Both the position numbers and the translations under genes were made by a program. The notes under the pieces were generated by a model. That model was not told the DNA's origin. It made no database searches and saw only the letters and a list, made by a program, of their open reading frames with translations. A stretch of 64,000 bases of DNA from NCBI RefSeq assembly GCF_009914755.1, contig NC_060934.1; one strand, written 5' to 3'. Of this stretch, positions 1 to 14,586 are shown piece by piece. This DNA is from the human T2T-CHM13v2.0 reference genome, Homo sapiens. Position 1 is the stretch's first letter, and every line of letters starts with the position of its first letter.

Positions 1-70
1 GTTAGAGTCACTGCCTGTTTTGCACATATGAAAAAAGTTTTCCAATGGCTAAGGCAAGGAAGATCTAGGG

Positions 71-394
71 GTTTTTGTGTGTGTGGTTTTGTTTGTTTGT
101 TTGTTTCTTTTTGTGACAGAGTCTCTTTCTGTCACCCAGGCTGGAATGCAGGGGTGCATTCCCGGCTCACTGCAATCTTGACCTTCCAGCTTCAGGTGAT
201 TCTCCCAGCTCTGCCTCCTGAATAGCTGGGACCACAGGCACACACCACCCTGCCCAGTTAATTTTTTCATTTTTTGTGGAGAGGGGCTTTCACCATGTTG
301 CCTAGGCTCGTCTTGAACTCCTAGGCTCAAGCGATCCAACCGCCTCGGCCTCCCAAAATGTTGGGATTACAGGTGTGAGCCACCTCACCTGGTC
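71..394 (-). mobile_element. AluJ-type SINE
   Basis: Reverse Alu dimer with degenerate (GTTT)n tail and J-type ctaggctcaagcgatcc segment. Confidence 0.85.
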
Positions 395-519
395 TATTTT
401 TATTTTTTATATAAGTAATACATTGGAAACTACCAAACACCACAAAGAAATCTGTAACTGTCTTAATTCTACTATTGACATAAACTTATGTTTTAAGTTA
501 AAAACTATTTTCTTTTTAA

Positions 520-950
520 ACTTAACATTATTTTGAACATCTTTCCATGTCAGTAAACATGGTTCTATTACATTCTTAATATCTGCATATTTTTTTTTAG
601 AGTTGTACCATAATTTATTTAACCAATCCACCATTGTAAATTATTTATGTTGTTTCCAACTTTTTGCTATTTTAAACAATGTTCTTACATAAATTTTATG
701 CATTCATTTTTTGTGAACTTCTCCAAAATTGTCCTTAGGATAAATTCATGGGAGTAAAATTTCTGGGTCTAGCAGTATGTTCCAAGGGACTTATTACATA
801 CTGTACTGCCAATTTGTCTTTCAGAAGGACTGTACAAACTGGCACTCCCACCAGCAGGGCAAATTCCATTTTCTCACTTCCTCCCCACCACCAGCCACTA
901 TTTAAAATATTTGCCAAGTTGGTGGGTCATAAACATAATTTTATTTTTTA
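520..950 (-). mobile_element. Old L1M (L1ME-like) fragment
   Basis: Typical antisense L1M 3' motifs (gttgtttccaactttttgctatt; cactcccaccagcag). Confidence 0.6.
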
Positions 951-1024
951 ATTTTAATACATTCAGCAAACATTTTAATTTTTTCTTCTCTAAAATCCTT
1001 TACAATGCCATCAAAAACTTGGTA

Positions 1025-1230
1025 AAGTGTGTTCTTGAGAGCACAGACCCTGGAGACTGACTACTCGAGTCTGAATTCAGTCTCTGCCTCTGAATTTAAT
1101 GATTTCAAGCCAGTTACATATCCTCTCTGTGCCTCAGTGTCTTCATCTAGAATGAGAACAATATTAGTGATTGCCGTATAGAGTTAGATGCATGCATGTA
1201 AGCACTTAAGGCAATGGACTACTCTTATTG
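1025..1230 (+). mobile_element. MIR
   Basis: MIR core ctctctgtgcctcagtgtcttcatct and 3' tgtaagcactta. Confidence 0.65.
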
Positions 1231-2150
1231 TTTGTCCATTTTTCAGTTGGCATGTTGGACTTCTCTGGGTGGGTATGGTGAGAAGGCAAATTGAGGGACA
1301 TCCAGAAGAAGTAATGACATAAACAAAGGCACAAAGAGACATTAAGTGTCATGTTAACTCCTACATTTAAATCTTCCCAATATTTTCATGTGTTTTGAAG
1401 AACAAAGAACAAGAATGGTTTCATGCATTGTTTTCCACTTCATGAAACCCAATTTAAACCATACGAAACAAGCCTTGACATGTTGTCAACATGAACTTTT
1501 CTTGGTCTATGCATGACACTGTCCCTCCAGGTCCAGCAGTTCCCAGTTGTGCTGTCTTTCACCTATAATGACCCATGTTGAGCAGGCAAGGGAAAGCATA
1601 ATTATATTTGCTCACAGAATTATATGCAAGCTTCTGTATTTCCAAATGCAAATTAGACAAGAATATCTCTCCTCCCCATTATGCAGTACAACAGAGAATT
1701 ATTCGAACCCAACTTTGTGCTCCAATCATGTCCTTGTGTTTGGATGACACTAGCAATGCACACAGCCCTAGAAGTTTCATGGTGAGTCAGAAGGAACCTC
1801 AGAGCTCATCTAGTTTAACCTCCTCATTCATAGAGAAAATTCTGGATGACTACATTCAAAACAGATCCAAGAATGAGGAAACATTGACCACAGGGGCTTT
1901 CTGACTTTGGGAACATGGGAGCCTTCTATACAACTTATTGCAGAATTTTTAAACCTAACCCTTGTGTTGGTGGGATCAGCTAAAGATGGAGGAGCCACAA
2001 TTACTGTACCCTATTCTGTCCATATATCCTGAGTCCTTTATGAAAGTGGAATTCCACATTTGAGAACCATTTGTCTGATGAGGATCAGCCTCCTCCTCCT
2101 CCTCCAACTAGTGTCCTAACCCTTTCTTCTTACGGCTTTGTCTTAGGTAA

Positions 2151-2539
<389 letters not shown>

Positions 2540-2983
2540 GAGGGTGCTGTTCTAAAAGATGCCTTCCAGAACAAATATTTCAGGGTTCCATTTGCAGGCT
2601 TACATATTGATTCCAAGAATATACTTTTCTGAGACAAAGTACTTTATGACTACAGAAAATCGCCACCCCCATAATTACCATTGTTGAAAACTAGCCAAAG
2701 GTCTCAGCCCAAGTTCTGCGGCAGGCCCAGGATACAACTCAGATCTCCTCATTCCCAGACCTTGAAAAGTTAGGCACACCCTAAAGGGGTACTGTTTCAA
2801 AAAACCAAAACATGGACACTAACTTAGGCAACGGGAGATTTTAAAATTCAGCTTGACTAACTTTACGAATGCAACTTTTCAATACTTCCATGTAAAAATA
2901 TTAAAGTGACCTGTAGTATCTTCCTGCTTTGTCTGCAGTGCACTGATCTCTCTATAGGGTGCCACTGTCCTTAGTGGCTAGGC

Positions 2984-3171
2984 CAGTGATTCTCACCCTT
3001 GGTTGCACAGAATTCCCTGGTGGATGGGGTGGAGGGGGAAGGTGAAATATTCCCATGATCTGTGTACCACCCCCCAGAGATCCTGATTGATTTGACCTGG
3101 GGTTGGGACCGCAGTGTCAATTTTTAAACTCTCCAGAAAAGCTAATTTTCAGCCAAAGTTGAGTACCACTA
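2984..3171. mobile_element. MER5A-type hAT-Charlie MITE
   Basis: cagtgattctca...gagtaccactag termini and internal cccagagatcctgatt motif. Confidence 0.65.
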
Positions 3172-4138
3172 GTCCAGATAAATTGCTTCCAAAGCAGAGC
3201 GCATAATTCATCAGCATGCTGAAAAATATTGTAGAATGTCTTTATATATTTTTATCTCATTCTTTTAAATTTTTTATGATTTACATCTTTGAGCATATTA
3301 ATATATATTGATACATTTGTAACAGATTGGTGCAAGAGTAAATATATAATTTATAAATAAATACATATTTATCTGGTGTGCATTCTAAAACAAAGGTTTT
3401 CTGATAGAAGTATATTCTCCAAAAGTTTGAATCTGAATGATTCACTGGGTAAGTAGCCATTTCTACTAAATAGGCATTCCTTTAATTATGGCATTTGTGG
3501 TCTGCTGTTAGCTAACTTCTGTATTGATATTTGCCTTTCATTTGTGCAATATGTCTTGTCTCCCAAAGTAGATTGTAAATGCCTTTAAGGCAAAGACTCT
3601 GTTTCCTGCTTTATACCCTCTCTCATATTTCTTGTCAATATGTTAAACCCATCAGGGTCTGCCCACTTTCTAGCTGTTGAACTATGGGCAAGCCTTAATC
3701 TCAATCAAAAAATATTAATAATAGTACCAACTTCATAGCATTATTATGAAGATTAAATTTGAGACAGTTTAAACACAGTTCCTAAAATATATTATGTACT
3801 CAAAGAATGAAAGCTTTTTTATCACTGGTTGAATTGAATTCTTACAATCCATACATACAGAATGTCAGGTATGATCCTAAGAAATACGGAAAACATATAT
3901 AAGACATGACTCCTCTGTAAGGAATTCAGTCTAACAACAGCAAACAGATATTTGAACATATAGTCATAATACCACATAATATAATAAATGGTCTGATTGG
4001 CATATATGTAAAATGCTATGAGAATACAGCTAAAGGGGGCAATTAATTCTTCCCAGTGCCTTGAAGGATGAATAGGAGTTTTCCCGTAGATAAGGAAGAG
4101 CATATGCTTGGAAGAACAGCATAAACAAATGCATAGAG

Positions 4139-4642
4139 CACTAGTTCTCAAAGTATGGTCTGGGGATCCGTGGGAATGTTTGAGACAATTTCAGGTGGCC
4201 CACAGGGTCGAAACAATGATTATAATAATATTAAGACATTATTTGCTTTTCTCGCTTTCATTTTTTGAGAAAGGTACAGTGGAGTTTTCCAGAAACTATA
4301 TGACTTGCGATATGAAACACACTGAATGCAGAAGCAGCTATGAGAATCTAGCTATCTTCCATTAAAGAGACTTCTAAAAATGTAAAACAATGCCTGTCTT
4401 CTCACTATGTTTCATTGTTTTGGAAAATATAGTTATTTTTTATTAAAAAGTGTTTTATCAGAATGGATTTATTATTTTAAAATCAGTTATAAATATTTTT
4501 AAATATTTCTACTATAATGTATAATATTTTACATATACAAAATCTGACTTTCTAATATTAAATGTATATATATCCACCACAAACAAAAGCTCTTTGCAGT
4601 CCTCAATAATTTTTAAGTGAAAAGGGGACCTGTGACCACTGG
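4139..4642 (-). mobile_element. hAT-Charlie element (Charlie4a-like)
   Basis: Reverse-complement similarity to the split element at 43989-44150/48595-48958 (e.g. tgaatgcagaagcagctatgagaat, aaaaatgtaaaacaatgcc). Confidence 0.65.
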
Positions 4643-5527
4643 TGTAAAGGCATAAAATTGCATGACATGTTCAAGGAATAAATGAATAAGTGTAGTTAGC
4701 TACCTCCAGTTCTTTTTGGAAGTAGACAGAGTATAAATTATAAATATATACATCACACATTCATACACAATGAATGTGATTATCATATCCTCTCAGCCTA
4801 TGAATAACAGATAAAATATACCAGAATGCTGAGAGGGTTAATCTGAATGTATGCGTGATTTTGAGAAAGGACGAGGGAGCAGATTTAGTTAATCCAGTGA
4901 AAGTCATCGCATACAAATTTGCAAACTAAAATACTCCCTGGGCTGAGGTCATGTGTTTAATTTTAGCAAGTAGGGTGAATACGTTTGGGTAGGTATTTAT
5001 ACTAAGCAGTGGACTGAGCTGGAGATGGGTTTGACAGTGGAAACAGTGATACAACCTTTATTATTTTCAATGCAAAAAAAATGAACTATTAATGTGATGT
5101 TCTGGTTGAAAATTTAAACTCTCAAAAAATCTGGAAATTCAAAGTCATGGTACCCATAGCAACCATAACTCTGCCCCCTTGCATGCCCAGTGTGGAGTAT
5201 TTTGTATTGCAGTACATGCTGTGAAATCTATGCCTAAATGTGCTATATAGCAGAGTTACAGTTGCTGTGGGAACTGTAACTTTGAATTGCCTGCCTTTTG
5301 TGTCATTAAACTTTCAGCTGAAGTATTGCATTAAAGGAGGTTTTTTTTCCTCTACTGCGTTTCCTCATTTAAAAAAAAATTGATTGGGCACCTTTTTTAA
5401 AAAAGGATGTAAATGATGTTAGATTCAAATAGCAGGATAATGCATTCTAGCTTCCCAGATACATGCACTGATATAGCATTAGTGAATTACCACATTTACA
5501 TATTTCAACCTGCAATAACAAGTCATA

Positions 5528-5690
5528 AAATAATCCTCTATTTATATAGCACCTTTAATCCTGAAGGGTCCCATCACACACACAGACACACAGTAACCGA
5601 ACCACTCTGGACAAGAAAACTCAATAAATATTTAACAGCGCCCAACAAAATCATACAGTGCTTTAGGACAAGCAGTAAGGAAGAAAGGCA
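5528..5690 (-). mobile_element. AmnSINE1-like (Deu-SINE) 3' fragment
   Basis: tatttatatagcacctttaatcctgaagggtccca and tttaacagcgcccaacaa...tttaggaca resemble the recalled antisense AmnSINE1 tail. Confidence 0.5.
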
Positions 5691-5949
5691 CTGTCATGCA
5701 GTGGTCAGAATACAAACCAAGGAGTGAGAATTCTCATGCTCCACTCTTACTTTTATGATGGCATGGGCTCTCCCCGTGACCTTGAGTCAATGATTTGACT
5801 GCCTCACAAAAACTCTGAGTATTCCTTTTTTTTTTTCTATCTGTTTACCAAGGAAGTATTTCTAGGACCAAAGGCAAGAAAAGACTTCAAAAGGTCATTT
5901 GGTTGAGTTGACTACTCCCAACCAAGGGATGTATCTCCATATTCTAGAA

Positions 5950-6270
5950 CAGGAGTCAGCAAATTTCTACTACAAAGGGCAAGACAGTTAAATATTTTAG
6001 GCTTTGAGGGCCATACGGTCTCTGTCACAACTACTCAATTCTGCTGTTTTAGCGCGAAAGCAGCCATAGACAATACATAAATGAAAAAGCATGGCTGTGT
6101 TCCAATAACATTTATTTACGGACACTGAAATTTGAATTGCATATAATTTTTATATGTCACAAAATATTATTCTTCTACTGATTTTTCTGAGCCATTTAAA
6201 AATGTAAAACATGTTCTTGGCCTGGGTGCTATAGAAAAGCAGGTGGTAGGCTGTAGTTTGCTGGCCCCTG
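5950..6270. mobile_element. MER58B hAT-Charlie element
   Basis: caggagtcagcaaa...tttgctggcccctg TIRs; 8-bp TSD (t/c)tctagaa at 5942-5949 and 6271-6278. Confidence 0.85.
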
Positions 6271-6859
6271 CTCTAGAAGTCTGAATTGTATATCATGTTC
6301 AAAGATACCTATACAATGTGGTGTGCTTTCAAATCTTTAACAATTAGTTCCTCACCCCCAAAAAGGTATGTATGTTTTATTTAAATATATACAAAGATCT
6401 AGATCTAGATATATAGATCTATATATGTATATATGTAGGTCAAGTTATGCACATATATGTGTGCAATTTTATTATATATTTTGCAGATATACAGGAAGTA
6501 TAGCAGAAATGTGCAAATAATAATTATACACACTCTTCATTGTGAATTCCAGATAGCTAATTTATTCTCATAGAATGCTTCTGTTCCTGTTTGCTGAACT
6601 CTGCTATCCATACCTAATCTATGGTTGCAATTAATAAATAAGTGTAGCTCTAACTTTAATGTTGATTGATATTTTCACTTATATTAAGGAGTACAATAAA
6701 AGAGAAAAAACAGAGATGTATCCCAGAACTTCCCTCTTTCATCAATGACATGAACACCTTCTTTGCTGGTATCAAATAATAGTTTTCAAAATATTTCCTC
6801 AATTGTGCTTTCACAATATGATTGGCTACAGGCTTGACACACTTTTAAGTTAAACCTAA

Positions 6860-7401
6860 GTCAGAGTTCTCCAGAAAAACAGAATAAGGTGTGTGTGTGT
6901 GTGTGTGTGTGTGTGTTGTGTGGAGTATGTGTAGAGAAAGAGAGAGAAAGACAGGGACAGATTAATTTATTATGAAGAATTGGCTCACATGATTGATTAT
7001 GGAGGCTAAGAAGTCCCAAGATCTGTAATCACCAAGCTGGAGACCCAGGAGAGCTGATGTGTACTTCCAATCTGAGTCCAAAGGTCTGAAAACCAGGAAA
7101 ACAGATGTTTCAGTTCAAATCTGAAGGCCGGAAAAGACCAATATCCCAGGTCAAGCAGACAGTCGAGAGGAGTTCCCTCTTACTCAGCCTTTTTGTTCTA
7201 GTCAGGCCTTCAACTGATTGGATGATGCCCACCCACGAGGGGGTTTACTTTGCATATCATTTGTCTGCATTACTCAGTCTAGTGATTCAAACGTTAATCT
7301 CATCCAAAAACACTCCCCCAGATATACCTAGAAAAATGTTTGACCAAATATGTGGGCACCCCATGGCCCACTCAAGTTCACACATAAAATTAATCATCAC
7401 A
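6860..7401 (-). mobile_element. MLT2 (ERVL) LTR containing (TG)n at about 6889-6915
   Basis: gtcagagttctccagaaaaacag...gaattggctcacatgatt...acataaaattaatcatcaca. Confidence 0.8.
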
Positions 7402-7593
7402 ATCTGCAGTATTAACATTGTCTTCATCACTTTCTCAAGTCCAATCAACAAAACAATGAATCAAGCTCTGATTTGTAATGTTTGCTGAATTCCACGGTAT
7501 AAATACCCCACCATGGCCTATTTCAAGCTACCAATGGGATGTCAATGGATGTGAATTGGGAAGAGATGGGGAGTAGCACACCCTTATATAGTA

Positions 7594-8221
<628 letters not shown>

Positions 8222-9039
8222 TATTGCGGCCACAAAAATACAAAAGACATAAATAACCTCCAGAGTATAGATAACAGTTAAATATAGTAAAACAATTAGA
8301 GTGTTGAGGGTATATTACCATTGTTTTCTAATATAATTTATTTGAGAGCTTATATAATTTAATGTTCAATAGTGGATGTGTTTGACATCTGACTTGCAAA
8401 ATTTCTGAAAATGTAATCATCAGCTCTAGGGAGTCTGCGGGAACTAGTGCCAGCACATCTCTAGAAGGGCGTTGTTTAAGCCCTGAGGGAAATTCATCTG
8501 GTCCCCTACTATCTTTGTTGAAAGCCCACCCAATTTTATTTTGGCCAAAGCTTATTGGAAATGAAAACAGAACCAACCTCACTGTTTTTCTTGGTATTAT
8601 TTTTCTTCTGAAGTACACAGATCTCCTTATACCCTTAGTGAATTACCACGTTTACATATTTCAACCTGCAATAACAAGTCATAAAATTATCAGTCTGTGA
8701 CATGGCAAAATGTAGGTGGAGGCGGTCAAGGGACTTGCCGGCACTTCCATGGGTCTGAATGACTCCCCAGCAAGGGCAGCTGCCTCTATACAGATGACCA
8801 GCCTGGATAATTCTGCCACAATAACTGAGAAATTCCGACAAAGCCAGAATTAGGGTTTGAGTCCTGCAGATAATTATAGTCATGGACATGGAGACACAGC
8901 AAATCAGAGAAGAATGATCCCCTTGACTTTCAGTCTAGTGATTTACCTACCGTACCCACTCTGCTTCTAAGTAATGAGTTACTTAATGCTTGTCAAGTAA
9001 TTATAAGTTGTAAATCACCAAATACAAGGCATCATTAAT

Positions 9040-9225
9040 GTCCGTTTGAAACTGCACAGAGAAATTTTAGTAGGCAATATATGAGTGCCCCATTGGAGCC
9101 AAGACTCCATGTCTGTACATTTTTTCTTGTCTCCTTTAAAAAAAAATCAGGTATGGCAAGATGTTTTCATAACCTCAGATGGTTGGGACCTCTGTTTTGA
9201 GTATGACCTATGATAGGTGTTCCCA
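9040..9225 (-). mobile_element. AmnSINE1-like central (Deu domain) fragment
   Basis: ttgaaactgcacagagaaattttagtaggca ... tggttgggacctctgtttt resembles the recalled AmnSINE1 sequence that continues from the 5528-5690 fragment. Confidence 0.45.
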
Positions 9226-12200
9226 GGAATTTCTTTAATACCATGCTGGGGGGAAATTTGATCAAATTATTTATTAATATGTGGATCACAAATGAGTCTG
9301 AAAGCCTGAGTCACCACTACCCTTTCCTCCAGCACCCTGCCATTTGAGATGGAATGCCGTGGCATTCTGAATAGAGGGGCAAGATTACAATTTAGCCAAA
9401 CGTCATATATGTACCCCGCAGTGCAGGCAATTAAAAAAAAAAAAAGCTTAGTTATTTCTATACTAAGTAACCCATAAATGTCAAGGGCACTTGAAGGCAA
9501 TGAAATTGTTAAAATTAAGGGGTGTTAGGGTGTATTTGTGATTGGGGTGAGGGAATGGGACTTGGCTTTAATTTACAAACAAATTAGAAAAAATAAACAG
9601 ACTCAGCATTGCTATTGTAACTGGAAAGGCTTGAGCAAATTTAATCCAACTTCCTGCATAATATTTGATTAATCTCAGACTCGGGAGGAAAATCAAGATG
9701 AGATAGGAAGTCTCCATCTGTATCGAGGGCAGGGGAACTTGGGGCTTCCAGTGCCCACAAAGGGCATCACATGACCCTTCCCAGGGGATCACTTGCTCCG
9801 AGTTCCCTGTGTCTCTCTTGGCTCCGGCTCCAAGTTCATGAGATATCTGTCCCCATACCCATCCTTCTGAAGCTTCCAGCCTTTACCACCTGGACCTGGG
9901 CTGGAGTCCCACCCCCACCACAGCTCTTGAGACAGGCGACGAATAGACCCAAATTTGAGATGTAGCTCAACCTTTGACCACTAGAGGTCTCCTGGAAAGC
10001 AATGACCCGTATAACCCGGTTGATCCTCCTTCAAACCAATAGACTTGTTGCACTAAGGCTTGGCGAGCCTGCTCTGCTCAAGGCCTCCTTATTAATAACG
10101 CCACCCGCCCCCGCCGCTCACGATGGCGCCAGGCATAGAGGGGGATGGGACCAGGCGGTGGCTGACCCTCAGACAGTGCTGGTTCTTTACGAATCAGTCT
10201 GCAGACTCCAGGGCTACCCCTTCGAACCCCACTTACTGACCAAGCAAGAGCAGGAGAGCGTGCCTAACTCGAGGTCCCCAGGTGGGCAGCGTGGAGCCCC
10301 ACAGACTTCCAACCAGCGATGGACTGGGCAAGGGACCCACGTTCAGAATCACCTAGCATCAGGTCCGCCAACAGGCCAGAATCCACTCGCCCCTCGCTTC
10401 GTCCCCCTAATTCCTCGTCCCCATTACCCCCCTTCACCGCCTCCGTTTTGCCTCCGGATCGCAAAAGTGACCCGAGCTTTAACCAGTGGAGAGAGATCAG
10501 GGAACAATTCACTGTCCCTATTCTCATCCATGTGGTATTTTCTGGGAAAATTAGTGGCTTCTAGCTGGAAGAGGAAAGAAAAGGGGTGGGGGGGTGGATG
10601 GCTGAGGGGGAGCAAGAAAGGAAACAGCCAGGTTGAATTCCCAGTCTTTATCAAGCAATTCGCTCACCAATGAGAGAAAGCTGCAGTGGCAGATTCGAGC
10701 CACATGCGGTAGTGTGTAGCAATTAGTAGATAAAATGCTGACTAAAGTGCTAAAACATGAAGTATTATTGTAGCCAAGGTCAAAAATGCTTCAGTTGTCT
10801 TTTGCAATTTGGGGGAGGGGAGGCCCAGGGGTACGCAGAGAGGTTTGCATTTTCGAAATGGTCGCCTTCTTTCTTCAAACTGTACTTTTCCTTTTTTTTC
10901 TTTTTTTATGATCCTGTTTATTATAGTCCAAGCTGCCTAATTATGTCACTGCTGGTTTTTGCAACTAACTTAATCCTCCTGATCCTTTATGAAGCGATTC
11001 ACAGACACTGAATAATGTCTACTGCTCTCCCATCCCCTTGAGGGGCAAGAATGATTTTTAATTTTTTACCGTGTAAATACACGAGATTAACTTAGAGAGT
11101 TGGATTTTTGGCTAGTAAAGCAGCAAGAATATAGGTGTGTGGGTACCGGATTCTGTGTTTCAGTACAAGAAAGAGCCCAGAAATAGTGGGTCATATAAAC
11201 ATATACTACTCTCCCTCCCACCTTTTATACACAGCAAGTTCCAGCTACAAGCTTTTTTATAGATAAATAAAGCAGTTGCTTTCATGATTATAACTGTCCT
11301 GAATGGATTGTCTTCTTACAACATTCAATCTGTTTATGAGTATTTACTTTACATTAGCCCAGGGACCCTGCACTGCAGGAGTTTGCCTCTATTCCCCTGG
11401 GTGTCGGTGTCTCAAGTCTTACATCTGCTCTGTGATTGATGGAGCCTTGAATCCACGTTATTACTCTCTCACAAGCAGAAATCAAACAGGCTATTAACTA
11501 CATTACTTCAAAGAACTGTTTCAATACAATCTCCTTATCTTAATTGAAACTTTCTTTGTATGGATATTTGCTACACAGATAATTTACAGGTGCCTATCAA
11601 ACATCACATTAAAGAAGAGGTAAAATTGAGGGATTTTTGGGGGGGAGGGGTAAACACTATTGTGATCTGTAATTTTAAAAGGCATTCACAGTATTGGTTT
11701 GATTTATTAGATTTATTATGTTCACGGGGGGTGGGGGCAGTGCTGTAAAAAGAGGGGGAAAGATACCCCTGTGATTCGGTTTTGAAATTTAGCATTCATC
11801 TGATTACAAGGCTGCGGATATTCAAAAATATTCAGACCCAGATCCCTGCAATTGTTAACATCTCAGAAACCTTATCGGAGAGATAAGGCAGCATGCATCC
11901 TAGTTCAGTGCCTACCTTGAAGAGCTGAAGAAACAGGGTTTCTAATTAGATGAAGTTCGTTACACACTTAAAGACTTACAGCACCAAAGACAGTAGAAGT
12001 AGCTTAGATGCTGTAAAGAGCTGTATAATTTTTTAAGAAAGAGATTTAATATACAATTGAGGGATACCCTCAGGCATTCTGTTGAGGTTTCCTGCATAAA
12101 TGCTGCTGCATTGGTCATACAGGAAACTGACTCAGAGTCGATCTCAAATACGATCTTGTCAAAATACTGCAACTCAAGTTTTTTTAATATAGGATTTCTT

Positions 12201-13049
12201 GAACTGGATGTATATATTTACGCTAACACGACAGAGACTAACAGAAGCTTTAGGCATATCTATTTTTAAAAAAGACATGTAAAATGCCCCTCAGTCAAGT
12301 CCATTCATATGTTAAAAATGAACAAAATGGGCGATTCTAATCAAACGTCTGCAGTATGCATTATAAAGTTAAAAAGAGAGAGAGAAAGCGCAGGAGAGCT
12401 ATAATTTCTCTTTGTAACCCATGTTTATAAAATAGAAAGATCAGATGAAATTTCAAGAGATAATTAAAGAGTGATGTGCAAGTCATAATTTGGCTAATGT
12501 TAAAGATGGGAGACTGCGAATTGTAGTCCTCCATGGTGCAGAGTTGTGATATTACTTTAAATTATTAAAATAGTTTTCGACAGCTTTCAGAATACCGGCT
12601 CTTTGGCATGGGCTTTTATTATTTATTGTAATTAGAGGATCTGCCATTTTCTTTCGTTTATCTCTGTGTGTATAGAAACGAGATAGATTTTGCCTTTTAT
12701 TACTTCCCCATATTCTGAATCAAAAATGTGGTTTAGATAATGTTAAGTGCCCTAATTCTTACTGCAGCGGACGCAGACGTTATGAAAAGGCATAAAAATA
12801 CACACAGAGGGTCTTTCCACCTCAAGTCACTGAATATGAGGCATTTGTGCTCTGCCGGGTGTATTAACTTCAGCCATGTGAATATAATTTTCATTAAAGT
12901 AATCCTGTTTCAACTAGATGCTGTGACTAGAGGTGAAACGTTGCGAAAGCGTTAAAAATAGCTTACTAGTAATTTCAACATCCTGTAATTTTATCACAGA
13001 TCAAGTTTCAACTGTCATACTATACAGACCTTATTCCCCATATAGTACA

Positions 13050-14565
13050 TGTTTACTTTTTTAGCATGCCAGACCCACTTTGGAAAGATTGGTGCCAATA
13101 TAATAAAAGCTGGAGGGGGGGTGTGCTGGAAGGAGTGGGAGGAGAGCGGGGAAGGGGGTGGGGGAACGTGGGGGAAGCGAGTACACCATTTTAAATCAAC
13201 ACTGCGAAAATGCAATCTAGCCTGGCGGAGGACCGGCAGCTGGGTCGGAGCTTGCGAGGGCTTTGCAGTCTCTGCCTGTTCCTTGTTCTGTCGCTCTTAA
13301 GTTTCTCTGTGTTTGCATAATAGCCGTGCATGCAAACCTCGCAATGCTCCAGGGCTCCAGAACAATAAATATACACATTTAAAGCCTTTATTGTCTTACG
13401 GTTCATGCCCCCGGTTTTCAACAGCTTAATTTCTGGTTGTATTTAACTAGTTTGCAAATGGATTTTTTCAGTTTCAAACTATTATTGAGGAAGCTCCCCT
13501 CCCTTTTTTGGCGGGGGAGGGGATGGGGGTGGGGTAGGAGTCGGTATATTATTCCTGTAGCGCTGGGTTATATAAACACATTATCATTTGAGAGCGCCCT
13601 TGGCGTCCATCAGCATTGTAAACACGTACTAGTGTATATACTTCAAAATTAAAGAATGCACACGCAGAACCGGGAGCCTGAATTCATATTCTGAGCAGAC
13701 TCGCTTCTCGCATTTATTGATTTATCATGCATCGTTTATTGTTCCAGTCCCTAAATGCAGTCGCTGTCCGTTCAATATTGTTTGCAAAATCCTAAGATGT
13801 GTGTGCACTGCTCACTTGTCTCTTTTTTTTTTGCTGAGTATTTTTTTGCGAAGCGAACAAATGCATTAATATTTATATGTTTATATAATCGATAACCCAC
13901 TTTTCCCTTCCATGTAAATAGGCATCAAAAGATAATTTAACAGATTAGTTCTCGAAAACATGGCAGTGAGGAAGCGTAATTTAACTATCAAACAAATCTA
14001 CATGTCTAATAACAGCAAATCTGCTAAGAAGCATTAGAAAGAGGAGCAGCGCCCCGGAATCTCTGCAGGAAATGTTCTTTATATTAGACATATACAAGCA
14101 GGTCCTGTCAGATGCACAGTGGAGCTCGCTACCCCTCCTCTCCTCCAAAAATCTCATCAGACGATATCCCAGACAGGAGCGGTTAGAGAGAGAGGAATCA
14201 CATCTCCACACAGTTTTAGGGTGCTTTTTATTTTTACAAATCTTCTTGTGTGTTTTTTGCCTTGATCCATCCTCTTCCCGCCGAGATCGTATGGCGCCTT
14301 TCTCTCGATTATGAATTTGATCAATCCATCTTTGGAAGAAAACCCACATAGTTTTTTCAGGAGCTGAAAATTGAGTCGTTATAGAAATATTAGGACATAT
14401 TTTCAATCATTTCGGTGCCCGAAGGGAGGCAAGAGCTCAGTTTTATATTGAGACATTACGCCGGCTGAAGGCAGAGAATGCGTTTCCCTGCCAGGACCTG
14501 ATGCAATCCATTCAAGCCAACAAGTTTGGAGAGAATGTTGAGTTCAATCAATTCAGAACGTCGAG
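13050..14565 (+). promoter_or_regulatory. ARID5B promoter / 5' UTR region
   Basis: Repeat-free, CpG-retaining sequence directly upstream of the ATG, with G-tracts, a CCAAT near 13096 and TATA-like TATATAAA near 13569; the exact TSS cannot be placed from sequence. Confidence 0.7.
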
Positions 14566-14586
14566 ATGGAGCCCAACTCACTCCAG
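14566..14586 (+). CDS. ARID5B: ARID5B coding exon 1 (MEPNSLQ)
   Basis: gagATGg strong Kozak at 14566, in-frame TGA upstream (14539-14541), CAG|GTATTT donor at 14586/14587; matches the recognised ARID5B N-terminus and joins exon 2 in phase 0. Confidence 0.96.

Noticed and set aside
10002-10673. 223-aa ORF, the longest in the window
   Set aside because: No recognisable domain, Pro/Arg/Gly-rich composition expected of GC-rich DNA, and overlapping ORFs on both strands; not called as CDS without Ribo-seq or conservation.
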